A DNA stretch of 64,000 bases from Carpediemonas membranifera BICM (GCA_019828565.1 JAHDYR010000067.1:841864-905863), one strand, 5' to 3'; numbered from the stretch's first letter, positions 10,965-22,870 are shown. Program-made: numbers and translations. Notes: generated by a model from the letters alone, not told the origin.

Positions 10965-12766
10965 TCACTCGGTCTGGCCAGTGAACACCCCTCCGGCGAT
11001 CAGCACATCACTGTACGTGAACCGTGTCGCCAGTAGAGGCTGCTTGGTAGGATAGACGCTCAGATGCAGCTCAGGCACGCTGTTGGTGCTGAACGGCAGA
11101 GCTGGGGCCGTCTCCTCGTCCTCGGGTTCATACTGCGGGAAACTGGCCGTGCAGGGCACCCTGGCGAGTGATCTGAGTGTGGTCATATCCCACAGGCGGA
11201 CACCGTCGACCGCAACGGTTGACAACAGCGTGCCGGAGCGGGAGAAGTCGAGATCCTTCACAGCTGCCGTGTGACCGTTGAGTGTGGCAAGTAAACGCCC
11301 CATCCGTGTGTCCCAGATCATAACAAGACCGTTCATGTCAGCGGTCGCCAGCACGCGGCCGTCTGGGCTTGCCCTGACCTTCACGGCGGCCTCTGTGTGC
11401 GGGGAGAGGGTGTAGAGGTGGCAGCTGTTGGACCCGACCCTCGTGTCAAACATGCGGGCCGTGGCGTCGGCCCCCGCGGTGACCACGATGTCGCCTGAGG
11501 TGTGGATGGTGGCGTCGTTGACGTCGGACAGATGCCCTGTGAAATGCATGCACGGGGCGGCGCGCTCGCAGTTCCAGAGCGTCGCGGTGCCGTTGTGGGA
11601 GCCGGTGACGTAGTAGAGACCGTACGGGGACCAGCTGACAGACCACACGGGGCACTTACACCCCTCCCGCCGCGCCACCTGGCCCCGGAACCCCGAAGAT
11701 CCCGCCAGCCACATGCGGACTGCCCCCTCGGCGTCGCTAGAGAGCAGCAGGGCGTTGTCTGCACTGAGGGAGAGGCTCGTGACCATGCTGCTGTGCCCGA
11801 CGAGCGTGTACCTGTTGGCCGAGGGCGCGGCGTCCCTCGGGTGGTTCAGATCCCACACGGAGATCACTCCCCGCCTCGACCCGACCATAGCAAGGTCGCC
11901 GAACCTCGAGATCGTCATCGACGAGGTCGGACCGACGTTTAGGGCCGTGAACTGGCATATCGAGGGCAGGCTGTTGGCGCTGACATGGTCTGCATGGTTC
12001 ACCATCGCCAGAATCCTCTCCTGCACCGCCATGGGCATTCTGACCCTGGGCATGTCGGGAGCACGGAACTCGTGCCGCCGTCTGGGGGGCTGGAGGGCCT
12101 TCGTGTCGTCCTCCTCCTCCTCCTCCTCTGCCTCCTCTGTGAGCACCTCCTCCATCTTTTCAGCGCATGTTACGAAGTGTTCTGGGTTCGAGACCCAGCG
12201 GTGGTCGTCCTTCAGGGTGGGGTGCACCGTGTCCCTCGAGTCCTCGTCGACCGTGGGCAGCTCCACGCTTAGACGGCCCCAGCCCCGCTGTGAGCGGCCT
12301 AGCTGTGTTGTAGTCTGCTTGGTCATCTTGATGCTCACTGTTTCGTTCACAACCTCACGGAACGCAGGCTCCATCGCCGACAGCTTCTGCTCGAGGAGCT
12401 CCCGGACTGGCGCGCCCATGCGAACACGATACTTGTACTTGATCCACTTGTATATGAGGTCGTCGCGCTTGTCGTAGGGCGCTGTGGAGAGCTGCTCGTG
12501 GGTCAAGGCGCGGAATCGGGCAATTTCGTCATCGGAAAGCGTGAAGAAGGAGTGCTGGGTGCCTATATCGTTGAAGAACTGCTTGGCTTGATCAATCTTT
12601 CGATCTGAGACGAGATGGAGATATGTGCGGATGAAAAGCGGGAAAAGCAGCTCGGACAGCTCCTGGATGAGAAAAGCGGGATAAAACGAACAATCTTGTT
12701 GAACTCGAGTGAATTGTCCACCCATTCCGAGAATTGAATGAACTGTCCAACGATCACTGACGACAT
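10965..12766 (-). CDS. TAF5: TFIID subunit 5-like WD40 protein; spliced (exons 12766-12692 and 12662-10965)
   Basis: After splicing, the N-terminus reads EWVDNSLEFNKI|ELSELLFPLFIRTYLHLV (TAF5 NTD2). Also LPSICQFT and WD40 repeats (LVGHSS, VWSVSWSPYGLYYVTGSHNGTATLW, FTGHLSDV). Confidence 0.85.
12663..12691 (-). other. 29-nt spliceosomal intron in TAF5
   Basis: gttcgttttatcccgcttttctcatccag. Its removal joins the 25-codon exon 1 to the NTD2 continuation. Confidence 0.85.
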
Positions 12767-12931
12767 CGTTGCTCGCTTGCACAAAACTGCGGTTTTATAC
12801 CCGTTTACTCCTATCTGTGCGAACACATAAGCCCCTTCCCTTTTGTGTGGGTGGCGGCCCTCGTGCCAGGACCAGTGATGAGTGTTGCCCTGTTCGATCA
12901 TCAATAAATGATGCCTCGCAGCAGTTGACCA

Positions 12932-14644
12932 CTATATGAGAATGGTGCTAGCCCGCAAACCGTCAGCAGCCTTCTCTGCCGCCAACACCGGGTCGACCTC
13001 TATTAGTGTCGAACAGTACTCCCAATCGCCTAAGTCATCGACCACAGGGTACCCAAGCTGCATCCACCGATCTGGACCATCGCCGCGCTTCTCTCTGATT
13101 AGGTACGACGACCCCCGTTTCAGCTGGTAAATGTCATTGGGGTCAACCCCGGGAAGAGTCAGGGCGCCGTTCTCGGCCGTGCTGCTAATAAATGACATAC
13201 CAGGGGAGTCCTCCCAGACAAAGAAAGCAAACCCGCTGATGCCGTCAATCGTTAGTACTCTCGCGATGGGGTGGTCGAGGACGAAGTGCTTCATATGACC
13301 AGTAGGGCGAACGAAAGGCTCAAGGAGACCAAAGTCGTCTACCCCACAGAAGACGAAGTTGCCGTGGTATCCGTTATAATAAATAACGAAGTCTGGGTCG
13401 GTGTATATTATTCTAGTGACCGCAAAGGGGAGCTCGAAGAACCCCACGACACTCTCCTCGTGCACAGTGCCGAGCCTTCCACTGGTATTCTCCCCAGCAA
13501 TCATTTGCTGGACCCGACCTTTCCTGTCATCTGTTAGTATGACGATTGCACTAAGCGCCTCGACCTGAGTTGGTCTGAAGTCAGGCGGCAGGTCCACACG
13601 CCTGAGGACATCTGTGCAATGGTCGCCGTCGAAGAAGTAACGCCGGTCAGCTGATCTTACTCCAAGGAAAACACCCTCGTCCAGGACAACGACAGTCACA
13701 CGGTCGGTGATGACGTGGTCGAGCACAAGTTTGTGCCGCGTGTGGTGGCTGGCCAGCATATACGGCGACGTCTGCCTGTCCTCGATGTCCAGCTGGACCC
13801 TTGCTGGGAGATCGACCAGACCCGCGCCCCCCACGCCATGGAAGGTGTCACTATTTGCCCCTAGGATGAAGGGGCCGTCGTTAGTCATCACCATCACATC
13901 CCCCTTGAACCCAACGATATAGCGGACCGATGGCATTCGTCTGATAGCACCGTTGGTGGCCATGTCCGCACAGCGAGAGATCCTGCGGTATGTCACGGTT
14001 GGCTTAGGAGTGTCCTCGCCCATCATGAAGAACTGGGGCGACGCCACACCGAGCAGGGCGCTACCAGGAGGCCCTTTTGAGAACAGACGGCCAAAGTAAA
14101 GTCTATAGTGGACTGTGCCAAGGCTGTCCTGGATGCTCTGGACCATGCCATCAGACTCGGAGACACGGTGGACGAATAGAAACTTCCGGCAGAGAAACCA
14201 GACTACTTTCTTCGCCTGAGAGTCCTCGGGGGGCTCGTCATTGTCAGTGGTTGCTTCATGGTCATAAAGGTCTGGATTGGCACCCAAAGCCATGCATATC
14301 GCCCATATGTTCCCCTGGTGGAGCGTGTAGATGCAGTCCGGCAGGTCCTCTGGGTTGCCGAGAACTATGTTCATGCTCAGTCGAGGGCCCTTGGTGAGGA
14401 TCGCCACGGCCTGGCGGAAAAGGACAGATGCGGTAGAATTAGTCATATGCAGCCCTTCTAATGAGGAGAGAAGGTCTTCTAACTCGATTGTGTTATCGAT
14501 ACCCCCTTCTGACGGTGGAATGGACGCTGAGTACTCCTCTCTGAACGCAGCAGCAAGTAACGACGGAATATCGCCAGGAATCCTTTGTGTAAGCGATACA
14601 GCAAGGGAGTGAGCAGCAATTAGGACTGATCTGGCATCTTTCAT
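12932..14644 (-). CDS. Divergent RCC1-like repeat protein (expanded lineage-specific family); 5' end uncertain
   Basis: Degenerate RCC1 motifs FILGANSDTFHGVG and IAGENTSGRLG, and ELPFAVTRI resembling LLPFNVESV in the 2478-4383 protein. Confidence 0.5.
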   Translation of the reverse strand: MKDARSVLIAAHSLAVSLTQRIPGDIPSLLAAAFREEYSASIPPSEGGIDNTIELEDLLSSLEGLHMTNSTASVLFRQAVAILTKGPRLSMNIVLGNPEDLPDCIYTLHQGNIWAICMALGANPDLYDHEATTDNDEPPEDSQAKKVVWFLCRKFLFVHRVSESDGMVQSIQDSLGTVHYRLYFGRLFSKGPPGSALLGVASPQFFMMGEDTPKPTVTYRRISRCADMATNGAIRRMPSVRYIVGFKGDVMVMTNDGPFILGANSDTFHGVGGAGLVDLPARVQLDIEDRQTSPYMLASHHTRHKLVLDHVITDRVTVVVLDEGVFLGVRSADRRYFFDGDHCTDVLRRVDLPPDFRPTQVEALSAIVILTDDRKGRVQQMIAGENTSGRLGTVHEESVVGFFELPFAVTRIIYTDPDFVIYYNGYHGNFVFCGVDDFGLLEPFVRPTGHMKHFVLDHPIARVLTIDGISGFAFFVWEDSPGMSFISSTAENGALTLPGVDPNDIYQLKRGSSYLIREKRGDGPDRWMQLGYPVVDDLGDWEYCSTLIEVDPVLAAEKAADGLRASTILI

Positions 14645-14749
14645 CTCAGTTATGGTTGGAAGCCACTGTTCAATCACAAGAGCCAGAACCCCGTGGACAG
14701 CCCCACAGGCCCTTGATACACCTCCAGTTCCCTATCAGCGCTGCTTATG

Positions 14750-15149
14750 GCCATTCTCGACTATTATCTTGGCTGCGGGCAGTGGTGTGGCTGGGTTCCT
14801 TCCGGTTGTCCGGCAAATCACCGCTGACTCTGCCCCAGTCACTATGATCTGGTCGATCCGGTCCATAGCCGGGGCCCCGTACGTGGACGAACTATTCGCC
14901 ATCGCCCAGCCCATGTTCAAGCTCATCCTCACTGTATCCCGGCCAGACCTCGAGGCTATACTGAACCCGCCCCTGCTGAGGCGACTGTCACACGGTCGAC
15001 TGGACCATCACAGCATGAAGGCGGCTGTGAAGCACAGCGGGCCTGGGTCAGTCGTTCATGTGTGTGTGATGGACGATTATCTCAAGTCGGCGGGGAAGCT
15101 CGCGAGGCAGGCTGGGATCACGAGATGGAAGGTCAATTTGATTAAGTAA
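14750..15149 (+). pseudogene. Fragment resembling an FNR/ferric-reductase NAD-binding domain
   Basis: IILAAGSGVAGFLP, MIWSIR and VHVCV echo the LIAGGSGITP / LxW..R / VxVCG motifs. There is no FAD-binding or TM portion. Confidence 0.4.
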
Positions 15150-15447
15150 ACCGAATGTATGCAAGTCGGTTCATCGGCCTGTTGGAGGGCAGCATTGGGC
15201 CTTTTCGATTTACGTATTTATCCAGTTTTTGTGTATAATGTGTTGTCAAGGTCCCGTCCCGTCCAATGCCAAGACATGGGACTGGCCCGGACCCTGTGGG
15301 GATCCATAGACTCGAGACTGACGCTCGACCCTTGCGGATTGCAGTTTCAAATCCTCGACCCAGTTGACGGTATGGCGCGCCAGTGTCTGGAACACCTCGG
15401 CGTAATCCTTGTCGTAGCACGAGTCCCAGCCCTTCTGGGCAAGAACC

Positions 15448-16043
15448 ATGGCGGAAGCCGCAGCGAAACGCCTTACGTCGATGTTTGACTTCCATTATTA
15501 CGGTAATGTGGACGATACGTACTTTGCTGAGACGAAGAACTCGAAGAAGTTCAACTACCTCATCGTGCCGATAGTGAATTCCACCGGTATGGGCAAGTCC
15601 CGCGTCCTGAGCGAGGTGAGGACGAAGATCGCCGAAGACACGACGATTAAGACGGCCTACGTGGCATTCAGACGCGAGGGCAAGGATGGAAGGCCTGCAA
15701 CCATCTATCCAACTTCCGATGAGGATTTGGCTAAGTATGCTGAGTCTGTCAACAAGTTGCTCACGGAGCCCATGGAGCCGACCCAGCCAGAAGAGATTCT
15801 CTATGACACCCTTACCACTTTCGTAGAAGATATCGTGAAGGCGAAGTTTAAGGGAATCGAACCGCGCAGGTGTGAGGAGTTCGACTTGTTGACTGAGACA
15901 TTCGACACGTTCGATAAGAAGCTCTTCCTCGTGCTCGATGAGTGCGGCCTGTTCCTCAACCGGCAGACAGACGCTGGAGTTTCTGCCTACCGCGTCCTCC
16001 GGCACGCGATTCACTACACTACACGCACATTCGGAGTCAAGAT
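15448..16043 (+). pseudogene. P-loop NTPase (Crinkler-associated type) truncated by an LTR insertion
   Basis: Walker A IVNSTGMGKSR and Walker B FLVLDE. The ORF then runs into the Ty3 LTR at 16044. Confidence 0.6.
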
Positions 16044-16116
16044 TGAGAAGAGAATTCGTTTACTTGGGGAAATCCGCATAGTTGACCAAAGGTCAATCGG
16101 GGTCAAACCCACGTCA
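16044..16116 (-). repeat. Putative ~73-bp 3' LTR of element C
   Basis: Begins TGACG directly after the PPT, ends CTCA, and shares AAACGAATTCTC with the 53-bp LTR. Only one copy is present, so the far end is inferred. Confidence 0.6.
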
Positions 16117-17860
16117 CTACCCCCTTCGACGAGAAAAACCCACCTACTGAAGGAAGGGAAAGAAGGTACTTAGTACTTGTCGAGGGACTTACGAGCTTTG
16201 CGTGCCTTACGCTTGATGATCTCGAGGTGCTTTATGGCACCGAGAGGCTCGTCGGTCACTTCATCGTAGCCTAGCCACTTGACCCGGGCTGAACCCTTTT
16301 TCCAGTCAATAGATACTATATCTTCGACTCTGTACTGCTCCTGATCCGACTCAGCTAGCTGCCTCATAAGGTCTTCGCTAATATCAGTCTCGAACTTCAT
16401 CAGCTTGTCAATATGAGTAGCCTTGAGCCGGTTATCGCTCAGCGACATGAGCTTAGCTCTGTTGCTAGGGAGTACCTCTACCACCTTCCACGGACCAGTG
16501 TGGGGTGTGTCGAGTTTTTGTGGAGCTTCGTTCTTCCAAAGAACGTAGTTCCCTGGCTCTAAGCCTGTGGTCTCGATCGGGCTCTGGTGAGGCCCTACTG
16601 CCTGTTTAGCCGCCTCTTCGAGGTTAGCCAGGGTGACCTTAAGGTTTTCGTAGAATCCTTTGTAGTCGAAGACGCCTAGCGTCTCTTCAGACCACAAAGC
16701 ACTGTCCATTATGTTGTGTGGGTGGCCATAGACCAGCTCGTGGGGGGTAAATCCCGTGGCCGCCTGCAGTGTACCGTTGATTATCATCCGTACTGTTGGG
16801 AGCAGGGTCGACCAGTCGTCCCTAGGAGCGATAGAGAGAGCCATCCACCTTAGGTGTCTTGCTACTTCGGCGTTACGCCTCTCCGCCAGCCCATTGCTTT
16901 GTGGGTGGTAAGGTGTCGTGAAGTGACGGCTGACCCGTAGGGTGTCCGTCAACGCTTTGACTATCTGGTTTGCGTATTCTGGTCCGTTGTCTGACAGGAG
17001 CTCCTTAGGTAGCCCGTGCCTCGAGAATACGTTGTCCCATAGGGCTTGCGCGACGGTGTCTCCGTCGATGCTCGCTACCGGAATGAGTTCCGTGTATCGC
17101 GTGAACATATCCGTCGCTACAATGATGTAGCGGGCGCCCCTCTGATCCTTCGGAAGAGGTCCCATGGAGTCGACCGCTACGGTCTCCCAGGGTGACGTTC
17201 TAGTCGACGACCCAGCCTCAGGCTGCAGATAGTTCTTCATCCTTGCCTTAAGGCAGATCGGGCATGTGCGAACAATTCGCTTGCAGTCTTGCAACCTGCC
17301 TGGCCAATAGGCCATGGTCCTCAGGCGCTGGTAAGTAGCGTTTGTTCCACTATGGAACTGATGTGCGACCTTGAGGTACCGCGAGCGAATATCGCCTTCT
17401 GGTATGATGGGGACGGCGTCCTTCAAGTAAACGCCGTCCACCAGGGTTACTCCGTCGAGTTTCACCCAACCTTCCTTAGTAGACTCGGGCTGCTTGGCCT
17501 GGTCATCCCGAACCTCCTCTAAGGATGGTCCCAGGGTCGCTTCCCCCACATCTAGCAGGTTCGCTTGTTCCTGGTTACCAGAAGGAATATCCCTCGACAG
17601 CATATCCGCCATCTTGTTTGACTCACCCGCAATATGCGTGATGGAGAAATTGTAGTCTGATAGAATCATAACCCATCTGAGCAGCTTCTTTGAAAGTTCC
17701 TTTCTCTTCAAGAGATAGACTAAGTTCTGGTGATCAGTATGAATCTCGATCTCGTCTTTAAGACGGAAAAGCTGTGCCATGTCGGGTCGAGTCAGACAGT
17801 AGATGATTGCGTGGATTTCTTGCTCATATGTGGGCCAACGCGACTGAGCCGGCGTGTGGA
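16044..17860 (-). mobile_element. Ty3/gypsy chromovirus C, 5'-truncated (RNase H, integrase, chromodomain, PPT, ~73-bp 3' LTR)
   Basis: ORF 16170-17927 has RWPTYEQEIHAI/TDHQNL (RNase H), H..H..C..C, VDSMG/SDNGPEY/AERRN (DDE) and YRVEDI..VKWLGY (chromo). PPT gaagggggtag is followed by TGACG...CTCA. Confidence 0.85.
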
Positions 17861-17934
17861 CACCTGCGAATGTGCTGAAGGTTGAACGTTTACATAAACT
17901 GCGGGAGGAGAGCGAGGACCGCGTCACATCCTGC

Positions 17935-17987
17935 TGTGGCGTAAACGACGGGTATTCGAGAATTCGTTTTAATCAGGTGATGCGTCA
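17935..17987 (-). repeat. 53-bp LTR, copy 1
   Basis: TGACGCATCACCTGATTAAAACGAATTCTCGAATACCCGTCGTTTACGCCACA on the minus strand. Confidence 0.9.
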
Positions 17988-20900
17988 CTGCCCTCCCTGA
18001 GCAACTCGGGGTGAGCGGCTAAGAACTTCTTGGCGGCGGGAGTGTGGCGGACGGCGTCGATGGGCTCCCAGGACAGCTCGGAGCTACCGAGCCACTTGAC
18101 GCGCAGGAAGCCGGGCTTGGACTTGACGATCCGTTCAACGTACCATTCCTCTTGGTCTGTAGCGGCGAAGTTGGCGAGCTCGCCCTCAGAGAGGTCGGAC
18201 TTGAGCGGAATGAGGTGGGACAGGTGGACTGTGCGTCGCGGTTCGTTGGCGAGGAGCGGTACGACGACTGCCGTGAACGGGTTGACCTCAATGACCTTGA
18301 ACGGTCCGGTGTGGCCGTGGAGCTTGCTTTCAGCGTGGTTCTTGCGCAAGACGTAATCACCGGGCTTGACTGGAACCGACTGCGTCTCTGCCCTCCCCTC
18401 ACGAGTCTTGGACTGGCGTTTGTGAGCCTTGCGGCAGAGCTTGGCCAGGAGCGCGTCCATGACGGTGAGGTATTCGGCGACAGAGGTAAGCGGGGTCTCG
18501 TCCTCGGCGTTGTTGTCTGGCTGGGGTATCTGCCGGTCGGCAGCGTGTGTGCCGTAGAGTAGCTCGAACGGGGTGAACCCCGTCGCGCTGTGAACCGTGC
18601 TGTTGATTATCCACGCGACATATGGCAGTAGGGTCGTGGACCATGCGTCGAAGGAGTTAAATGCCAGCGCTAGGGTACGTAGGTGGCGCTTGATTTCGCG
18701 ATTGACGCGTTCGACGTGACCGTTCGACTGCGGATGGAAAGGCGTGGTCCGGTGGTGTGTGACCGATAAGCGCTCGGTTAGAGCGGTGATGATACGGTTG
18801 GCGTATTCCGGGCCTCCGTCTGTGTGCAGGATGGCCGGGATGCCGTGGCGGCAGATAGACGCCCAGATAGCGGCGGCAGCCGCGTCTGCATTGTTCGAGG
18901 GGGCTGGCACGAGCTCAGTAAAGTGCGTGAATGTGTCAGTAATCACGACGACATACCGGTTGCCGGCCGAGTCCTCTGAGATGGGGCCGAGCGTATCGAC
19001 GGCTACGCGTTCGAATGGTGTGCTGCTCGGGGTCGCGCCCATCTTCAGCTTGATGAAGTTCGCCAGACGGGTCTTCTGACAGATCAAACAGGCGTTGATC
19101 AGGTCGGATACGGTGTGTTCGAGCTGTGGCCAGTCGTAACCCAAGTCACGCACGGCCTGAGCGGTCTTCTTGACGCCCAAGTGCAGCCGGTGGGCCTCGG
19201 CTAGGACGTCGCGACGCGCGTCGGCGGGTACGAATGTGCGACCGTGATACTTGACGACACAGTTGACGATGGTGTGCTTGGAGGGTCTCTCGTCAGCGTG
19301 CTCCTTCTGAGAGGCGAGCACTCTCGACTCTAGCGTGTTAGCCGTGACCTCGGCGATCTCAGCGGGGCGGGTCTGGAAAGGGAAACGGCTTAAGAAGTCG
19401 GCCGTGACGTTGGACTCGCCCGGGACGTGGTGGATCTTGAGTCTGAACTCCAAGAACGACAGTAGCCATCGGCGATGCTTCCGATTGTGAGCGGCCATGC
19501 GGTGGAGTGCCATCAGATTCTTATGGTCGGTGAACACGGTCAGATCGGGGTGGCCCAGGAAGAGAGAGTACATGTCAGGACGTGTCAGACAGTATATCAG
19601 AGCATACATCTCCTGGTCGTAGGTGCTCCATCTTTGTTGAACGTCCGAGAACGCCTTGGAGAAGTAGGCGACGACTCTCCAGTCTGTGGGCGTTTGCTGT
19701 TGTAGCAGTATGCCGCCTAGGCCGAGGAGACTAGCGTCCGTCTCGAGGCGCCAGGGTTTGGAGAGGTCTGGTATGGCGAGTGACTCCTCAGAGGCGAGCT
19801 GTGTCAGAACAGCCGCGATAGCCTCTTGGTGTGCTGAAGTCCACACGACCTTGGCGTCCTTGCGGAGGAGGCCATTGATGGGCGCTAGGATGCGCTGGCA
19901 GTCAGGGATAAAATCTGCCACGTAGTTGATGTGGCCGAGGATCTGACGTACCTCGTGCGTGGTCGTCGGGCGTGGGAGGCTCTTGATCGTGTCAATGCGT
20001 GAGGGCTGAGGGCGACGACCGTGTTCGGAGACGATCTCGCCGAGACAGTCGAGAGTCTGGTAGCCAAAATGACACTTCTCGGCGCGCAGCCTGATGTTCT
20101 TGTCACTGAGTAGAGCGAGCGTGCGCTGGGTGCGCATGACGAGTACCTCGGGCGATGGCGCGCCAGCAAAGATGTCGTCTATGTAGTTCCTGACGCCCTC
20201 TGAGTATACCGGGCGCAGGACGTTGGCGATGGCCCGCTGGAATTGTGCGGGGAGGTTCTTTAGGCCAAACGGGGCGACCATATATTCGAAAAACTCGCCC
20301 GAAACCCGCACCGCGGACAGGTAACGGTGGGCATCCTTCAATGGCATCTGGTGAAACCCTTGGCGAAGGTCTAGACCGAAGAAGTACTTGCTGCCGACGA
20401 GGTCCTGGATGAGCGTGCGGGTATCTGTCATGGGGAAAGCGTCAGTCACAGTTGCCTCGTTGAGGGCCCTGTAGTCTGCGCAAAGTCGTAGTGGGCGGCG
20501 TCCGTCCGCGTCGGGCTTCTTCTGGACAATCACAGCCGGGCTAGAGACTGGGCCGTGTGCGTCGCGGATGAGCTGGGCTTCGTACATTTCATGGAGCTGT
20601 CGCTTGATCTCGGGAAGCCAGTCGGCGCGGATGCCGCGTGGGTTGGCTTGTGGCAGAATGGCGTCCGGCTTCAGGTCAATGGTGGCTTCCGCGATGTCGG
20701 CGCCGCCGAGAGGCAGCTTGGGGTCGAAGACGTCGGCGTTGGCCTGGAGCACAGCGAGTAGCTCGTCGTGTAGAGGGAACGAGGGGTCAATGTCGAAGGT
20801 TGGCGTGGCGAAGGACGAGACGTCGTCCGGCAGGTCGTCAGTCTCCGAGTCAACCTCGTCGATGTATTGATTCTGGGCCGGTGTGACATCGTCGGCGGGG

Positions 20901-22800
20901 TCCTCTGCTGACGGTGGTAGCTGAATGTTGATGCCCGTGTCCGACATGAGGCCTAGGTGCCGGAGGAGGTCTGCCCCGAACAGGAACTTGTGGGCCTCCC
21001 CGGAGATGACTGGTACGGTCCACGTCAGCTCGACAGCGTTTGGTACGATGCCGTCGATAACGAGCTCGGCTATGACGGCGGTGGTGTCCTCGCAAGGTCG
21101 CTGGTCGGCCATCTTCAGCGTGTAAGCATGATTTGTGATCATTACCGGGCCGGCCTCCTTCAGCGTGGCGAACGTGGCCTCCGAGATACAGGTCTTGGCG
21201 GCTGCCGGGTCGAGCTTCGCCCGCAGTCTCGTGCCGTTGACGAGGATGTCGTGGTAGATCGGCTTACCGATGTTTTCGCGCTGCGCTGACGTGTCGACTT
21301 CGTCGATTGACTCATCGGTGTCGGACTCGGCGTCTATGTCGACCTCGTTGATGGATTGACTGAGGCGCTCGAGCCGGTTCGTCTCCTTGTTTCGCGTCCA
21401 GCCTGCCGCTGGGTTAGGGGCTCTCGCGTTGCGTTTGGGCGCTTGGGTGGTCGTTGTTGCAGGTCGGTCAGGGTTGTTGTGGTGGCCAGGGGCCTTCTTG
21501 GGCTTGGCACCCACAACAGCTGGTTGAATAGGACGCGATGGTTGGGGGGCGGCACTGCGCTGTGTCTTCAGATGAGGGCACGCCTGAGTGACGTGGGACG
21601 AGTTGTATCCGTGGTAGTCGCAGAAGTGGCGGAAGGTGGGGTTGATGTAGTAGTTCGCCTTGTCTTTCAGCTGGACATACGGGTCTGGGCCGCTGATCTT
21701 GCGGGCTATGGGTTTGCGTGTGCGGGATCCGCCTGTCGCTTGCTCACCGTGGGGTTGCGGGGGCTGGCCGGTGCGGAATGCTCTCCACAGAACGACGATG
21801 TAACCGTCGTGGTCCTCTTTGAGGTCCCTAAGGTTATCAAGGACGTCATCGATGTCCTCTGCATCATCTATGATGTAGGAGTCGAAATAGTCCTTTGCTT
21901 CGGCGGAGAATCCCTTAAGTGCAAGCTCTCTGACTCTTGCGGCGAGAACCTTCCAAGGAATGGCTTGCAGTGCAGGAGCAGAAGCATCAGTGTTCACGAG
22001 ATCGATGAACTCGCGCAAAGCGGCAATAGTTGAGCGATGTTTGGATGCTTTGCCATAGAGTGCACCGGGAAGGTTGATGGACTTGATGCGCGCGCCGACG
22101 TCCAGGGACGGCATGAGTGTGACGGAGCAGGCGGCTACGATGTCGTCGGCCTCGTCATGGAGGTAGGCGCGAATGTCGGTGACGTCGTCCCAGTCGGACT
22201 CGTCACTGGACGTGTCGGAGTTGTTGGTGGCGGCAGCCTCGTCATCGGCCGGCTTGGGTGGGGCCAGGGCTGCGTTGACCTCGGCGACGTACTCGTCGTC
22301 GCGGAGGGGGACATCTGGGTTGAACTTGTTGATGAGGGGCACATAAACCGGGGCTTTGTGGTCGATCTCGGCTACTGCAGCCGTGAATACGGCTTCTGCG
22401 CGGCGCTGTGCAGCCGCGGCCATCGGGCCTCTTCAGGAAAGGCCGCGGCCGCCGCTTCAGCGAGCATAAACAGGTCTTCTTCGAGAGCGGCGGTTAGACG
22501 GGCTACTGCCTGCTTGGGGGGTGGCGTGGAGGTGCTTGGGGGCGTGATGGGAAGTGAGAGCTTCATCTCGCGCCTAATGGCGCTGCGGATTACCGCATCG
22601 GGACATACATCGTCTTCTAGGTCCTCGAAGGTCTTATAATCAGAGGTGGGTCTCCAATTGGCCCGTAAGAACTCCTGCGAGCTGATGCTTAGGCATCTAA
22701 GGAACGATGTAGGAAATCTTGCATGAGGAAGTTCCCGCTTGTATTCCTTCGCGGCGGAGTTGAGCAGTGGAAGGGAACTTACGTCGAATTTCGTAGCCAT
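17969..22800 (-). CDS. pol: Gag-Pol polyprotein (Zn knuckle, aspartic protease, RT, RNase H, integrase, chromodomain) with one frame change near 22400-22430
   Basis: CDYH..H..C knuckle; LDPAAAKTCIS/LFGADLL protease; LRLCADYRALN, APFGLKN, YIDD (RT); ETDAS (RNase H); HHCC plus VDTLG/TDGGPEY/VERVN; VKWLGSSELSWEP chromodomain. Confidence 0.9.
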
Positions 22801-22817
22801 AGGGAGTGATTAATCAC

Positions 22818-22870
22818 TGTGGCGTAAACGACGGGTATTCGAGAATTCGTTTTAATCAGGTGATGCGTCA
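22818..22870 (-). repeat. 53-bp LTR, copy 2 (5' LTR of B and 3' LTR of A)
   Basis: Identical to 17935-17987. Preceded by element A's PPT (aggggggcag) and followed 18 nt later by the gag ATG of B. Confidence 0.9.

Larger units (their letters stand above)
17935..22870 (-). mobile_element. Full-length Ty3/gypsy chromovirus B with 53-bp LTRs
   Basis: Identical TG..CA direct repeats at 17935-17987 and 22818-22870 flank gag-pol. PPT agggagggcag abuts the 3' LTR. Confidence 0.9.

Noticed and set aside
2680-12477. Long antisense and overlapping ORFs over host genes (e.g. 3478-4800, 6978-7859, 9300-10340)
   Set aside because: Expected shadows of high-GC3 coding sequence; no motifs.
17892-17907. 16-mer acataaactgcgggag shared with 29472-29487
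   Set aside because: Too short and without flanking homology; could be chance or the common initiator-like motif.
22372-22430. Programmed gag-pol frameshift
   Set aside because: The break is early within gag, no clear slippery heptamer is present, and many other frameshifts in the window fall in homopolymers, so error or mutation is more likely.
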